Assembly: GCA_048882325.1 (NCBI GenBank) | Contig: JBHLRS010000005.1 | Span: forward strand, 69,843 to 133,842 | Origin: Candidatus Thorarchaeota archaeon | GTDB taxonomy: Archaea > Asgardarchaeota > Thorarchaeia > Thorarchaeales > Thorarchaeaceae | Reading direction: 5' to 3' | Length of the DNA stretch: 64,000 nt | Shown: positions 37,556-47,147 of the stretch, piece after piece | Layout of the letters: the number at the start of each line of letters is the position of its first letter | How positions within the stretch are numbered: the stretch's first letter is position 1 | Program-made: the position numbers and the translations under genes | Notes under the pieces: model-generated | The model's database searches: none | What the model was told of the DNA's origin: nothing | The model's input: the letters and a program-made list of their open reading frames with translations, nothing else

Positions 37556-38566
37556 ATGGGGCGGTCTGCAGTCGTAACTGGGCTAGGAATCTATATTCCA
37601 GAGAAGATGTTGACAAATGAGGACATAGAGAAGATGCTCAACAGGCCTGGCACAGCTGACTGGTTAGTGAAGAACGTTGGTATAAGACAGCGGCACATTA
37701 TGGCGAAGGATGAGGTAACTTCCGACCTTGCAGTCCATGCTGGTCGGGAATCACTGGAGAATTCAGGAATCAATCCAAGAGACCTTGACCTAATCATAGT
37801 GAGTACAGACACTCCAGACTATCTCTCACCAGCAACTTCTGTTGTTGTTCAAGAAAAGCTTGGAGCCAAAAATGCAGGGACATTCGATGTAAACTGTGCC
37901 TGTGCAGGACTAGTCACATCTCTAGACATTGCCTCACGCTACATTCAGACTGATCCAAGTATTGAGTCAATCCTAGTGATTGGAGCCTATGGAATGACCA
38001 AGTTCGTTGATTGGACAGATCATTACACTTGTACCCTGTTTGCAGATGCAGCTGGTGCGATGACGCTACAAGCAAGTATTGAGAGAGAAGGATTCATCGC
38101 ATCAAAACTGATTGCTGATGGTTCATTCCACGACCACTTGGGAATCTTTGTAGGCGGAACCGCTGAGCCTCCTACCATAGAGGCAATCGAAAATAATAGA
38201 CATCATTTAGCATTTCGCAAAAGATTTCCTGCAGACACTAACCTGCAACACTGGCCTACATTGACGAGAGACTGTGTCGCAAAGGCAAATCTCACAATGG
38301 ATGACATTGATTTCATCTTCTTCACCCAAGTGAATCTACGTACGATTGAAGCAGTCATGAAAGAATTAAACATGCCACTTGAAAAAACCCACAATGTCAT
38401 GGACAAATGGGGATATACGGGTTCAGCTTGTATTGCTTTGGCGATGTATGACGCTATTAAGCTAGGAATACTTCCGCCACCTGGAAAGGGGAATGGTGAG
38501 AATATAGCCCTCTGCTCTTCTGGAGGTGGCTTCAATATGGCTGCAGCAATTCTCAAATGGTGGTAA
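37556..38566 (+). CDS. KS III/FabH-like thiolase-fold enzyme (TQ/GYTG type)
   Basis: GIRQRH, STDTPDY, DVNCACAG (Cys), LFADAAGA, FFTQVN, WGYTGSAC, SGGG. Confidence 0.87.
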   Translation: MGRSAVVTGLGIYIPEKMLTNEDIEKMLNRPGTADWLVKNVGIRQRHIMAKDEVTSDLAVHAGRESLENSGINPRDLDLIIVSTDTPDYLSPATSVVVQEKLGAKNAGTFDVNCACAGLVTSLDIASRYIQTDPSIESILVIGAYGMTKFVDWTDHYTCTLFADAAGAMTLQASIEREGFIASKLIADGSFHDHLGIFVGGTAEPPTIEAIENNRHHLAFRKRFPADTNLQHWPTLTRDCVAKANLTMDDIDFIFFTQVNLRTIEAVMKELNMPLEKTHNVMDKWGYTGSACIALAMYDAIKLGILPPPGKGNGENIALCSSGGGFNMAAAILKWW

Positions 38567-38622
38567 GGGATTTTTATTCTGGTTTTGGTAGTAGGAATAT
38601 GATTCCTGTTGAGGGGATTCAA

Positions 38623-40170
38623 ATGGCCAATCAGTTTGATTATCTATCCAAGAGAGATATATTCTCTCCAGAGGCTGAAGCTTTAGTCGATGTTGAAACG
38701 GGGAAGAGGTACTCATACAGAGCGTTTAACCAACGGGCGAATAAGGTCGCGAATTTTCTGCAGGAAACAGTTGAGTTTCAGAAGGGAGACCGACTCTCTA
38801 TTCTGGCTCGCAATAGCTTGGAGTACTGGGAAGCGTTTTTCGGATGTCAGAAGTGTGGAGGCATCTTTAGCCCTCTCAACTGGCGATTAGTGGCTCGAGA
38901 GTTGACTGGTTTGATAGACGACCTTTCTCCCTCTGTAATGTTTTATGATGCAGATATGGAAAACGTCGCCATCGAATTAAAGAAAGAAGTCGATGTTAAT
39001 CATTGGATCACACTGGATGTGAAGAGGTCAGAGTTGAAAGATTCATTGCTCTATGAAGAACTGATGAAAAAAGCGTCACCAACTCCTCCTCAACCAGTGT
39101 CTCTCGCTTATGAAGACCCGATGGGTATCGTATTCACAGGCGGTACAACTGGACTTCCGAAAGGAGCTATGATAACATACCGACAGGTTGCTTTCAACAC
39201 TCTGAGCACAATACGAGACGCTCTTCCAGGTGATGTCTATATCAATCATTTACCGCTCTTTCATGTTGGTGGATTGTATGTCTATGCTATACCACTCTTC
39301 ATTCTGGGAGGAAAAGTAATCCAAATGAAGCGATGGAATCTCGATGAGGTTGTGAACGTTATTAACCGAGAGAAACCCAATTTCTTCTTCGCTGTTCCAA
39401 CACAATATCGGATGTTGATGAATCACCCTGAATTCAAGTCGATTGACTTCAGCAGTGTCCGGTTCTTGACATCTGGGGGTGAACCTCTACCCTTGGACAT
39501 CATCAAGACTTTCCAATCGGTTCATAGTGTAAAATTCAAACAAGGATTCGGAATGACTGAAGTCGGACCAGGCTGTTTTGCTCTCGACCCGTGGGATGCT
39601 GAACGGAAGATTGGAAGTATTGGTACTCCTAACTTCTTCATTGATGCTAAAGTGATTAATCCAGAAACCGGTAAGGACTGTGCTGCAAATGAGGTAGGTG
39701 AGCTCGTGTTCAAAGGACCGACAGTAACAATCGGATATTGGAATAGACCAGAATTGAATAAGGAACTCCTTGATGAGGATGGATGGTTCAGGACTGGGGA
39801 CATGGTGTACTTTGATGATGAGGGATACTACTATGTGGTCGATCGAGTCAAGGACATGTTCATCTCAGGAGGAGAAAATGTCTATCCTAGAGAGATTGAG
39901 AAACTTCTAGAAGAGCATCCAAAGATAGCCCAAGTGCAGGTAATCGGTGTGCCAGATCGTAAGTGGGGAGAGGTGGGGCGCGCAATCGTTGTTTTGAAGG
40001 AAGGAGAGTCAGCCTCGGAGGAAGAAATACTCGATTATTGTGATGGAAAGTTGGCTAGTTTCAAGATTCCAAAATCAGTACGATTTACCGAGAGTTTCAC
40101 ACGATACATTTCTGGAGCTGGAAAAATCCTGAAACGGAAATTACGAGAAGATTTTGCACAGGAGAACTGA
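38623..40170 (+). CDS. Acyl-CoA synthetase (AMP-forming)
   Basis: FTGGTTGLPKGA, PLFHVGG, GFGMTE, FRTGD, DRVKDMFISGGENVYP, GKILK. Confidence 0.93.
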   Translation: MANQFDYLSKRDIFSPEAEALVDVETGKRYSYRAFNQRANKVANFLQETVEFQKGDRLSILARNSLEYWEAFFGCQKCGGIFSPLNWRLVARELTGLIDDLSPSVMFYDADMENVAIELKKEVDVNHWITLDVKRSELKDSLLYEELMKKASPTPPQPVSLAYEDPMGIVFTGGTTGLPKGAMITYRQVAFNTLSTIRDALPGDVYINHLPLFHVGGLYVYAIPLFILGGKVIQMKRWNLDEVVNVINREKPNFFFAVPTQYRMLMNHPEFKSIDFSSVRFLTSGGEPLPLDIIKTFQSVHSVKFKQGFGMTEVGPGCFALDPWDAERKIGSIGTPNFFIDAKVINPETGKDCAANEVGELVFKGPTVTIGYWNRPELNKELLDEDGWFRTGDMVYFDDEGYYYVVDRVKDMFISGGENVYPREIEKLLEEHPKIAQVQVIGVPDRKWGEVGRAIVVLKEGESASEEEILDYCDGKLASFKIPKSVRFTESFTRYISGAGKILKRKLREDFAQEN

Positions 40171-40970
40171 TGACGATGCCAATCAGCAATGTGAATGGTG
40201 TGGACATATACTATGAAATTCACGGCAATGGGGAACCAGTCATCTTCGGTAATGGTGTCTTCTCCAACACTTTGGGGTGGATAAATCAGACTCCCGTGTT
40301 CTCCAAGGAGTATCAAATAATTCTCTATGATATGCGCGGTCAGGGTCAGAGTGAGAAACCAGATAGTCCATACTCATTCGAAATCCACGCTGAAGATCAA
40401 AGGGCACTTCTTGAATCCCTTGGAATCTCTAAGGTTCATCATGTTGGGATAAGCTATGGAGGAGAGCTAGGTCTCGTGTTTGCATTGAAATATCCTGAGC
40501 TGCTGAAGAGCTTAGTTGTTTGCAGTGCTGTTTCATATGTGGGACCACTACTTCGAGAGATGTGTCTATTGTGGAGATATGCATGTGAACAGGAAATTCC
40601 TGACCTGTTCTATCACTCAACTGTTCCATTAAATTTCGGAGAGACCTTTATCAAAGAAAGTGCAGCCATTCTTGAACAAGCCAAAGCTCGATATTCCGGA
40701 CTCGACTATCCGCCGCTTGTGAGGTTAATTGATGCATTTCTTATGCTTGATGTTACAGATGAACTCTCCAAAATCGAAATCCCAACCTGTGTCATCGCAG
40801 GGGATAAAGACATTCTGAAACCAGTAGATCCCTACTCAAAATTAATACATGATTCTTTGCCAAATTCAGAAATGACAGTCATTCCTGATTCTGGCCATGC
40901 TGTTACCTTCGAAAAACCAAAAGAGTTCAACAAGGTGGTTCTGGATTTCTTGCAAAGTCAAACCAAATGA
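40170..40970 (+). CDS. Alpha/beta-fold hydrolase
   Basis: YDMRGQG, GISYGG, GDKD, SGH; start overlaps ligase stop. Confidence 0.9.
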   Translation: MTMPISNVNGVDIYYEIHGNGEPVIFGNGVFSNTLGWINQTPVFSKEYQIILYDMRGQGQSEKPDSPYSFEIHAEDQRALLESLGISKVHHVGISYGGELGLVFALKYPELLKSLVVCSAVSYVGPLLREMCLLWRYACEQEIPDLFYHSTVPLNFGETFIKESAAILEQAKARYSGLDYPPLVRLIDAFLMLDVTDELSKIEIPTCVIAGDKDILKPVDPYSKLIHDSLPNSEMTVIPDSGHAVTFEKPKEFNKVVLDFLQSQTK

Positions 40971-41042
40971 ACTAGTTACTAATTGTAATTTTTCTGATTT
41001 CCTTAAGAGATATATAGCTCGGAACCCTCCAACTATGGATAG

Positions 41043-41060
41043 ACATAGAACGGTCTATGT
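41043..41060. promoter_or_regulatory. Palindrome upstream of the binding-protein gene, putative operator
   Basis: ACATAGA-acgg-TCTATGT about 40 bp before the ATG and downstream of a TATA-like GATATATAG near 41009. Confidence 0.35.
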
Positions 41061-41101
41061 TCGACTCTAACAGTAATGATACTGTTAATGGAGGATAGAA
41101 G

Positions 41102-42598
41102 ATGAATAAAATGAGAATGATATCTCTATCACTATCGTTGCTACTGGTAGCATCCATCTTCGTACCTTGTTTCTTTGTTAAACCGGCTGTTGCACAACCC
41201 CAACCAATAAAGATTGGAGTGTTCACACCGGAAACAGCTGGTCTGACAGCATATGGACCATGGACAAAACAAGGCTTCGAGTTGGGTATGGTTTATGCAA
41301 CAACGATGATGGGATATGATAATGAGAATATGACTGAAGCAGGTCGACCCTATGAAATTCATTATTATGATACTCAGGGTGATGTAACTTATGCAGCGAC
41401 TCAAGCAGTAGAAGCAATCGAAACCGATGGAATTGATATTCTTGTAGGAGGAACTTCCAGCGCGGTTGCTGCAGCAATTTCACCAATCGCTGAAGAATAT
41501 GAAAAGTTGTATTTCATAACACCAGCCGCTGCAGCTTCACTAACTGCTGCAGACTTTAATCCATACATCTTCCGTATTGCAAGAAACAACTGGCATGATG
41601 CTTATGCAGGCGTCACATATGCTATGGACTATCTCAACTATACTAAGTTCGCCTTCCTTGCAGCGGATTATTCATTTGGATACGATGGCGTTTCGTCAAT
41701 GACCGAGGTGATTGAGCAGAAAGGAGGAGTCGTGATCAGTTCTGTATATGCAAATCTCTTTGATACCGATTTCTCACAAGAAATTGATGCCCTCAAGGCT
41801 GCAGATCTCGTGAACGATATTGAGTACCTGTTCATTATATGGGCCCTTGACTTCTCGTATCTTTACAATGATATGACAACATACAACCTTGCTGCTGACA
41901 TGGAGATTGCTGGAGCTTGTATCGATATCCTTTCAATGAACGCAATTGAGGCGAGTCTAACACCTCCTGCTACTTACATAGGTTCCACAGGTCTCTGTCT
42001 ATATGGTTATGAACTACCCAACAATACGGTAAATGACTGGATGGTAGCGCAGCATGTAGCCAGAAACATCATGCCAAATGGTCAATATTTCCTCACCTAT
42101 AGAGTTCCAGAGCTGTTTACTGCGAGTGCATTTGCCACAGCGCAATTCTTGGTAGACGTTACCAATGCAGTTGCGGATCTTGATACAAACATGATGATTA
42201 ACTACCTGGAAAGTGGAATCACCATAAATGCGCCGAAAGGACCGACGTATCTAAGACCGGATGATCATCAAGGGCTTGCTGAGATGTATATCGCAACAGC
42301 TGTGAATGACACACGTTCCGGATCTGAAACTGAGAATCTAGTCATCGCCGAACTTGTTGAAACCCTTGACCGTGATACGGTTGCTCCACCAGTTGCATCT
42401 GTATGGAATGGAGAACCATACGTGCCTGGTGGTTTCGCACCAATGACAACCTCGACTACCACAACAACATCAACTACTACTCCAGGATCCACCACACCTC
42501 CACCAGGTGGATTCGACCTTTTGACAGTCGGGCTAATAGGAATAGCTGGATTAGCAGTGGGTGTAATTGTAGCTGCAGTAGTCTTTCGTAAGAAGTAG
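41102..42598 (+). CDS. LivK-type ABC substrate-binding protein, C-terminally membrane anchored
   Basis: Signal peptide, PIKIGV, YDTQG, LVGGTSSAVA, ADYSFG, APKG..LRPDDHQ; Thr-rich linker, TM, RKK. Confidence 0.9.
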   Translation: MNKMRMISLSLSLLLVASIFVPCFFVKPAVAQPQPIKIGVFTPETAGLTAYGPWTKQGFELGMVYATTMMGYDNENMTEAGRPYEIHYYDTQGDVTYAATQAVEAIETDGIDILVGGTSSAVAAAISPIAEEYEKLYFITPAAAASLTAADFNPYIFRIARNNWHDAYAGVTYAMDYLNYTKFAFLAADYSFGYDGVSSMTEVIEQKGGVVISSVYANLFDTDFSQEIDALKAADLVNDIEYLFIIWALDFSYLYNDMTTYNLAADMEIAGACIDILSMNAIEASLTPPATYIGSTGLCLYGYELPNNTVNDWMVAQHVARNIMPNGQYFLTYRVPELFTASAFATAQFLVDVTNAVADLDTNMMINYLESGITINAPKGPTYLRPDDHQGLAEMYIATAVNDTRSGSETENLVIAELVETLDRDTVAPPVASVWNGEPYVPGGFAPMTTSTTTTTSTTTPGSTTPPPGGFDLLTVGLIGIAGLAVGVIVAAVVFRKK

Positions 42599-42631
42599 GG
42601 TTCATTCGAACCCTCTCTTTTTCTTTTTTTT
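42597..42631 (+). terminator. Hairpin plus T-tract terminator
   Basis: AGGGTTC-attc-GAACCCT followed by a CTC and long T-rich run right at the stop codon. Confidence 0.75.
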
Positions 42632-42764
42632 AATGTTCAAATAGTAGCCTTAAGATTCAAAGCTGAATCCAAGAGAATATCTTGATGACAAGTATAATAT
42701 CTGTGAAATTACCCTAACTAGAAGACTTTGTGAAGTCTATCGTAGAGTGGAGATTGGAGCAGAA

Positions 42765-44093
42765 ATGAAGATACGGGTCCTAGTAATTGATGATGATGAG
42801 GACCTGTTGTTTTTAGCAGGAAAGTTTCTAACTAGAGAAGATGATCGTATTCAGCTCGTTTCAGCTACCACTGACCAAGAGGCGCTCCGGCTTATTGAAG
42901 AGGAGCATTTCGATGCTATTGTCTGTGACCACTTTCTAGGTCATGATAGTATGACTGGTCTAGAGTTGTTGGAATGGGTTCGTGACTTCAACCCACATAT
43001 TCCATTTATCATCTTCACTGGTAGGAGTCAGGAAGCTGTCGCCATCAGAGCACTGAACCTTGGAGCAGATTACTATCTCAAGAAGGGGACTGAAGAGTTC
43101 AGAGAATTGTTCGCTCAGTTAGCAAATCGAATTGTTTCAGAGGTTGAATCAAGACGACAAGCTGAGGCTCTTGAAACTGCAATGAGTGAACTTGAGAAGC
43201 GTGTAGAGGAAAGGACTGTAGAACTAACAAAGATGAATGAACAGCTAGCTCAGGAGATATCTGAAAGAAAAAAGATGGAAGAATCATTGATACTACAAAG
43301 AGATCTTGGAAATACTCTTTGTAAAACTGAAAACTTAATCGATGCCTTAGACAGAATTCTGAAAGCAACTGTACATCTAGAGGGAGTTGATACAGGCGGT
43401 ATCTTCCTTGTTGATGATAAAACTGGTCAACTAGATCTCTCGACGAGTCAGGGGATGTCATCTCAGTTTCTCAAGAGTATCCTTGGAAAAGAAGAGAGCA
43501 AGGAGCTCGCTGAGCCACTCTATGTTTCAAAAGAGAACATCAGTGATTCGTTGAGGAAACTGAGTGATTACGAAGACCTCACAGCTGTTGCGATTGTCCC
43601 TGTTCTATACGATAATAAAACAGTTGCAATCCTAAGTTTAGGTTCACACTCACATGACGAGATCCCAAAATCAGATAGACATACTTTGGAGTCAATAGCT
43701 ATTCAGGTTGGAGCTTATATAGCAAGGGTCAAGGCTCAAGAAGCAATTCTACGGTCACAGTCTGAGATTATGGGGATGTTTGACTCATTCAGAGACATAT
43801 TTCTCATTGTCGATAAATCTGGTTATGTGCTTCATGCTAATGGTACAGCAAGTGAAAAATTAGGAACTTCAAGTGATAACCTCGATGGAAAGAGTATCCT
43901 AGATTTCTATGAGAAACAGAGTCAGACAAAGATTGCAGAAATTCTACAAGGAGTGAATCCCGGAGATGTTGTCATGATTGATACACCTCTAATCTCAATG
44001 GACGGTTCTAAATTGCATGCTAACACAAGGATTGCAAGAGGGCATTTCTCTGGAGAAGAAGTAGTGTTTATTTTGAGTCGTGAAGACCTTTAA
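42765..44093 (+). CDS. Response regulator: REC-coiled coil-GAF-PAS, no output domain
   Basis: VLVIDDD, IVCDH (phospho-Asp), FTGRS, GADYYLKK; LEKRVEERT coiled coil; GAF (AIVPV..LSLGS); C-terminal PAS. Confidence 0.87.
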   Translation: MKIRVLVIDDDEDLLFLAGKFLTREDDRIQLVSATTDQEALRLIEEEHFDAIVCDHFLGHDSMTGLELLEWVRDFNPHIPFIIFTGRSQEAVAIRALNLGADYYLKKGTEEFRELFAQLANRIVSEVESRRQAEALETAMSELEKRVEERTVELTKMNEQLAQEISERKKMEESLILQRDLGNTLCKTENLIDALDRILKATVHLEGVDTGGIFLVDDKTGQLDLSTSQGMSSQFLKSILGKEESKELAEPLYVSKENISDSLRKLSDYEDLTAVAIVPVLYDNKTVAILSLGSHSHDEIPKSDRHTLESIAIQVGAYIARVKAQEAILRSQSEIMGMFDSFRDIFLIVDKSGYVLHANGTASEKLGTSSDNLDGKSILDFYEKQSQTKIAEILQGVNPGDVVMIDTPLISMDGSKLHANTRIARGHFSGEEVVFILSREDL

Positions 44094-44205
44094 AATTGCT
44101 AACTCTTGATATTTTCCAATAATCATATATGGATTAGCGAAATTAACAAAATCAATGTAGACTTTACTCAGTTAAGTTTGCGAAAGGATTTACAGGTGCA
44201 ATTCA

Positions 44206-44700
44206 ATGGGAGACGACAATGGATTTCTCAAAGGACCGATAACACGTCTCTTTGAGAAAGTGGCTAAATGGATAGGCCTCTCCACCAATGCGGGACCGGT
44301 ATTGGCTGCACTCTTCATGGAAAGTTACGAAACCGGTAAGCGGATGAGCTCCGATGATATCTGCAAGGCGACAGGATATTCACGAGCAAATGCTGGACTG
44401 ATTATCTCACAACTAGAAGCATTAGGTGTAATTGAAGGACAACGGGATTATGATCAAACAGGTAGGGGAAGAAAGAGAGTCCTTTACTCTGTTAATGGTG
44501 ACTTTGGAGACATATTCAATCTTGGAGTCATGAGTCTTCTAGACAGACTCGGAGCAATGATGAAAGACATACAGTCGATTGAGGACCTCAGACATGGAAG
44601 TGAAGATGCACTACAACCGATGCTGAAGGACATTAAGAAAGTAATTCAAGCAAGAGTCGACTCGCTTGAAACTGTTTCATCTGCGGAAATATCGTTCTGA
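44206..44700 (+). CDS. GbsR/MarR-family winged-helix regulator
   Basis: GL..NAG.VLAALF, MSSDDICKATGYSRANAGLIISQLEALGVI, GRKRVLY wing. Confidence 0.78.
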   Translation: MGDDNGFLKGPITRLFEKVAKWIGLSTNAGPVLAALFMESYETGKRMSSDDICKATGYSRANAGLIISQLEALGVIEGQRDYDQTGRGRKRVLYSVNGDFGDIFNLGVMSLLDRLGAMMKDIQSIEDLRHGSEDALQPMLKDIKKVIQARVDSLETVSSAEISF

Positions 44701-44912
44701 TATAGGATGGTTGCTAACGCTTAATGCATTCGCAGTAATACGAGAAGATTCCCGATCTGGTTTGATATAGATACTACTCAATGAACAACATGGGTTCCTT
44801 CTAAAGCTTATTCAGTAACAAGAAGGCTGATTGGAATTCGCGGATAACAAACACACAAGATAGTAATATACAAAGTTTAGCGTTTCTATTCGAGAGACCT
44901 CTCCAGTCGGAG

Positions 44913-47147
44913 GTGTTTCATCACGAACGAGGAAATGCCCAATTGCCTGATGACCAATCACATGCAACGGAATCAAAAGCTGAGGTAGTGAAGTATCGAG
45001 ACCTTCTAGATGCAATGAACGATGCCTTTGGAGTAATTGACCAAGAGGGCATCCTCACATATGCGAATCAGAGATTCAGTGATCTTCTCGATTATCCACT
45101 AGATGAGCTGATTGGCAAACCACTTACAACTTTTCTTGATGACGAAAATTTGTATATCCTGCAAAACAATATCCGGAAAAGAATGCAAGGGCTCTCATCG
45201 CAATACGAGCTAGAATGGAAATCAAGAACAGGAAAAAAGATTTCAACCATTGTTTCAGGCTCACCGCTTGTTGGAGAAGACGGAACGCATAAGGGTTCCT
45301 TTGCCGTTATCACCGACATTTCAGGAAGAATAGAGGCAGAAAGGAAATACAGGCAATTAGCAGAAAATTCGATTCAAGGTCTCAGCATTATTCAGAATGA
45401 TCGGTATGTCTATGTCAATCCAGCCTTTGCATTCTTGGTGGGTTACACTGTGGATGAGGTCTTGTCAATGTCTTCTGAGGATGGGTGGAATCTTGTCCAT
45501 CCAGATGACAAGAATTACTTGATCAAACTTGCAAGTGATAGGAGAAGTGGAATCCCAATACCTATGCCTTACGAATACAGGTTCGTAAGGAGAGATGGAT
45601 CTGTTAGATGGGTTCAAGCCTTCTCTGGAGATATTGATTACGAAGGTGAGCGAGCACTACAAGTCATGCTCATAGACGTGACTGAAGCCAAAGTGACTGA
45701 AGCACGACTTCGGTCCTCTCAGGAGATGCTTCAAACTGTAATGAATACGATTCCGGCTTATGTCTTCTGGAAGGATTTGGATTCTATATATTTGGGGTGC
45801 AATGAGAACTTCGCATTAGTAGCAGGTGTAGAGATTCCCGATAATATAGTGGGAAAGACAGACATGGATCTTGCGTGGCGCGATGTTGAGGCAGAGTTAT
45901 TCAGAGCATTGGACCAAGAGGTTATCCGGACAGACAAACCCCAACTAAATATCGTTTCACCACAGCGTCAAGCAGATAATCGAGATGCGTGGATTGAGAT
46001 CAATATCGTACCGCTGCATGATGAAGATGATAATGTAATCGGAGTTCTTGGCACCTATAACGACATTACTGAGAAGCGGAAGGCCGAGGATAGTTTAATC
46101 AAATCAGAAGCGAAGTACCGGAGTCTTGCAGAACAGTCTGTACAGAGCATTACAATCCTGACACCTGATAAGATACTATACTATAATCCAGCCTTCAAGG
46201 ATTTAGTCGGATATACAGAGGATGAATTAGCGAAGATGAGTGCAGAAGATATCTGGAAGCTTATTCATCCGGATGATAGAGATGAACTCCGTAAACGAAT
46301 GGAAGATCAGATTACAGGAAGGCCCGTTGCACCAAGATACGAATATAGATTTGTCCGGAAAAGTGGAGAGATAAGGTGGGTTGAGAGTTTTACAACTCGG
46401 GTTGAGTTTGCAGGAACCTCAGCAGTGCAGAGAGTTATTGTGGATATCACAGACAGACGTGAAAGCGAAAGAGAACTTAGAGTTGCAAAAGACAGAGCCC
46501 TCCTCTATTTGGATCTGATGGGACATGATTTGGCCCAGCAATTGCAGGTAATTCTCAACAGTGCTGCATTATTGAGGTCATCAGTCGATGAGTCCAATAA
46601 AGAGTCCTTCATGAAAGTGATAGGTGAATCCGTTAGGAGATGTGCGAGGATTATTGAAGAAGCTAAAGCAACAGAACAGCTCTTGTCAATTCCTGCTAGA
46701 GAGAGAAAACTCGATGAGGCAATCGATTTGACAATCAAAGCCTTGTCCAAGAGTTCCGAATCGATCATCTTTGAAACATCAATCGAGTGCCGGGAAGCTG
46801 TGATTGAGGCAGACGACTTTCTTGAGCTACTGCTTTCGAACATTATGATGAATGCAATTGAGCACAACCCAAATGATCAGAAGAAAGTATGGGTTGAACT
46901 AAAAGAGGTAGATGATGGGTATATAGTGTCCATTGCTGACAACGGAAAGGGAATTCCTGATGCAGTTAAAGGAAGTCTATTTGACATGTCAAGACGTTTC
47001 GGGGGTTTAGGGCTTCATACAGCCCATTACATCGTGGAGAAATACAACGGTCATATTCAAGTGAAGGATCGAGTCCCTGGTGACAGTACTCAAGGAGCGG
47101 TTTTCAGTATCTGGATGCCTAAACCTCGTAACTCAATCAAAGCCTAG
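44913..47147 (+). CDS. Cytoplasmic sensor histidine kinase with four PAS/PAC domains
   Basis: Four PAS/PAC repeats ending DIS/DVT/DIT/DIT; LMGHDL (His), SNIMMNAIEH, IADNGKGI, GLGL boxes. Confidence 0.9.
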   Translation: MFHHERGNAQLPDDQSHATESKAEVVKYRDLLDAMNDAFGVIDQEGILTYANQRFSDLLDYPLDELIGKPLTTFLDDENLYILQNNIRKRMQGLSSQYELEWKSRTGKKISTIVSGSPLVGEDGTHKGSFAVITDISGRIEAERKYRQLAENSIQGLSIIQNDRYVYVNPAFAFLVGYTVDEVLSMSSEDGWNLVHPDDKNYLIKLASDRRSGIPIPMPYEYRFVRRDGSVRWVQAFSGDIDYEGERALQVMLIDVTEAKVTEARLRSSQEMLQTVMNTIPAYVFWKDLDSIYLGCNENFALVAGVEIPDNIVGKTDMDLAWRDVEAELFRALDQEVIRTDKPQLNIVSPQRQADNRDAWIEINIVPLHDEDDNVIGVLGTYNDITEKRKAEDSLIKSEAKYRSLAEQSVQSITILTPDKILYYNPAFKDLVGYTEDELAKMSAEDIWKLIHPDDRDELRKRMEDQITGRPVAPRYEYRFVRKSGEIRWVESFTTRVEFAGTSAVQRVIVDITDRRESERELRVAKDRALLYLDLMGHDLAQQLQVILNSAALLRSSVDESNKESFMKVIGESVRRCARIIEEAKATEQLLSIPARERKLDEAIDLTIKALSKSSESIIFETSIECREAVIEADDFLELLLSNIMMNAIEHNPNDQKKVWVELKEVDDGYIVSIADNGKGIPDAVKGSLFDMSRRFGGLGLHTAHYIVEKYNGHIQVKDRVPGDSTQGAVFSIWMPKPRNSIKA

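Noticed and set aside
29235-40970. Bacterial type II fatty-acid synthase, PHA synthase locus or oleABCD
   Set aside because: No ACP, FabD, FabF, FabG, FabI, PhaC or OleD, and the KS III catalytic residues are non-canonical.
44701-44912. Possible ncRNA or riboswitch in the 212-bp gap before the kinase
   Set aside because: No convincing stem structure or known motif seen by eye.
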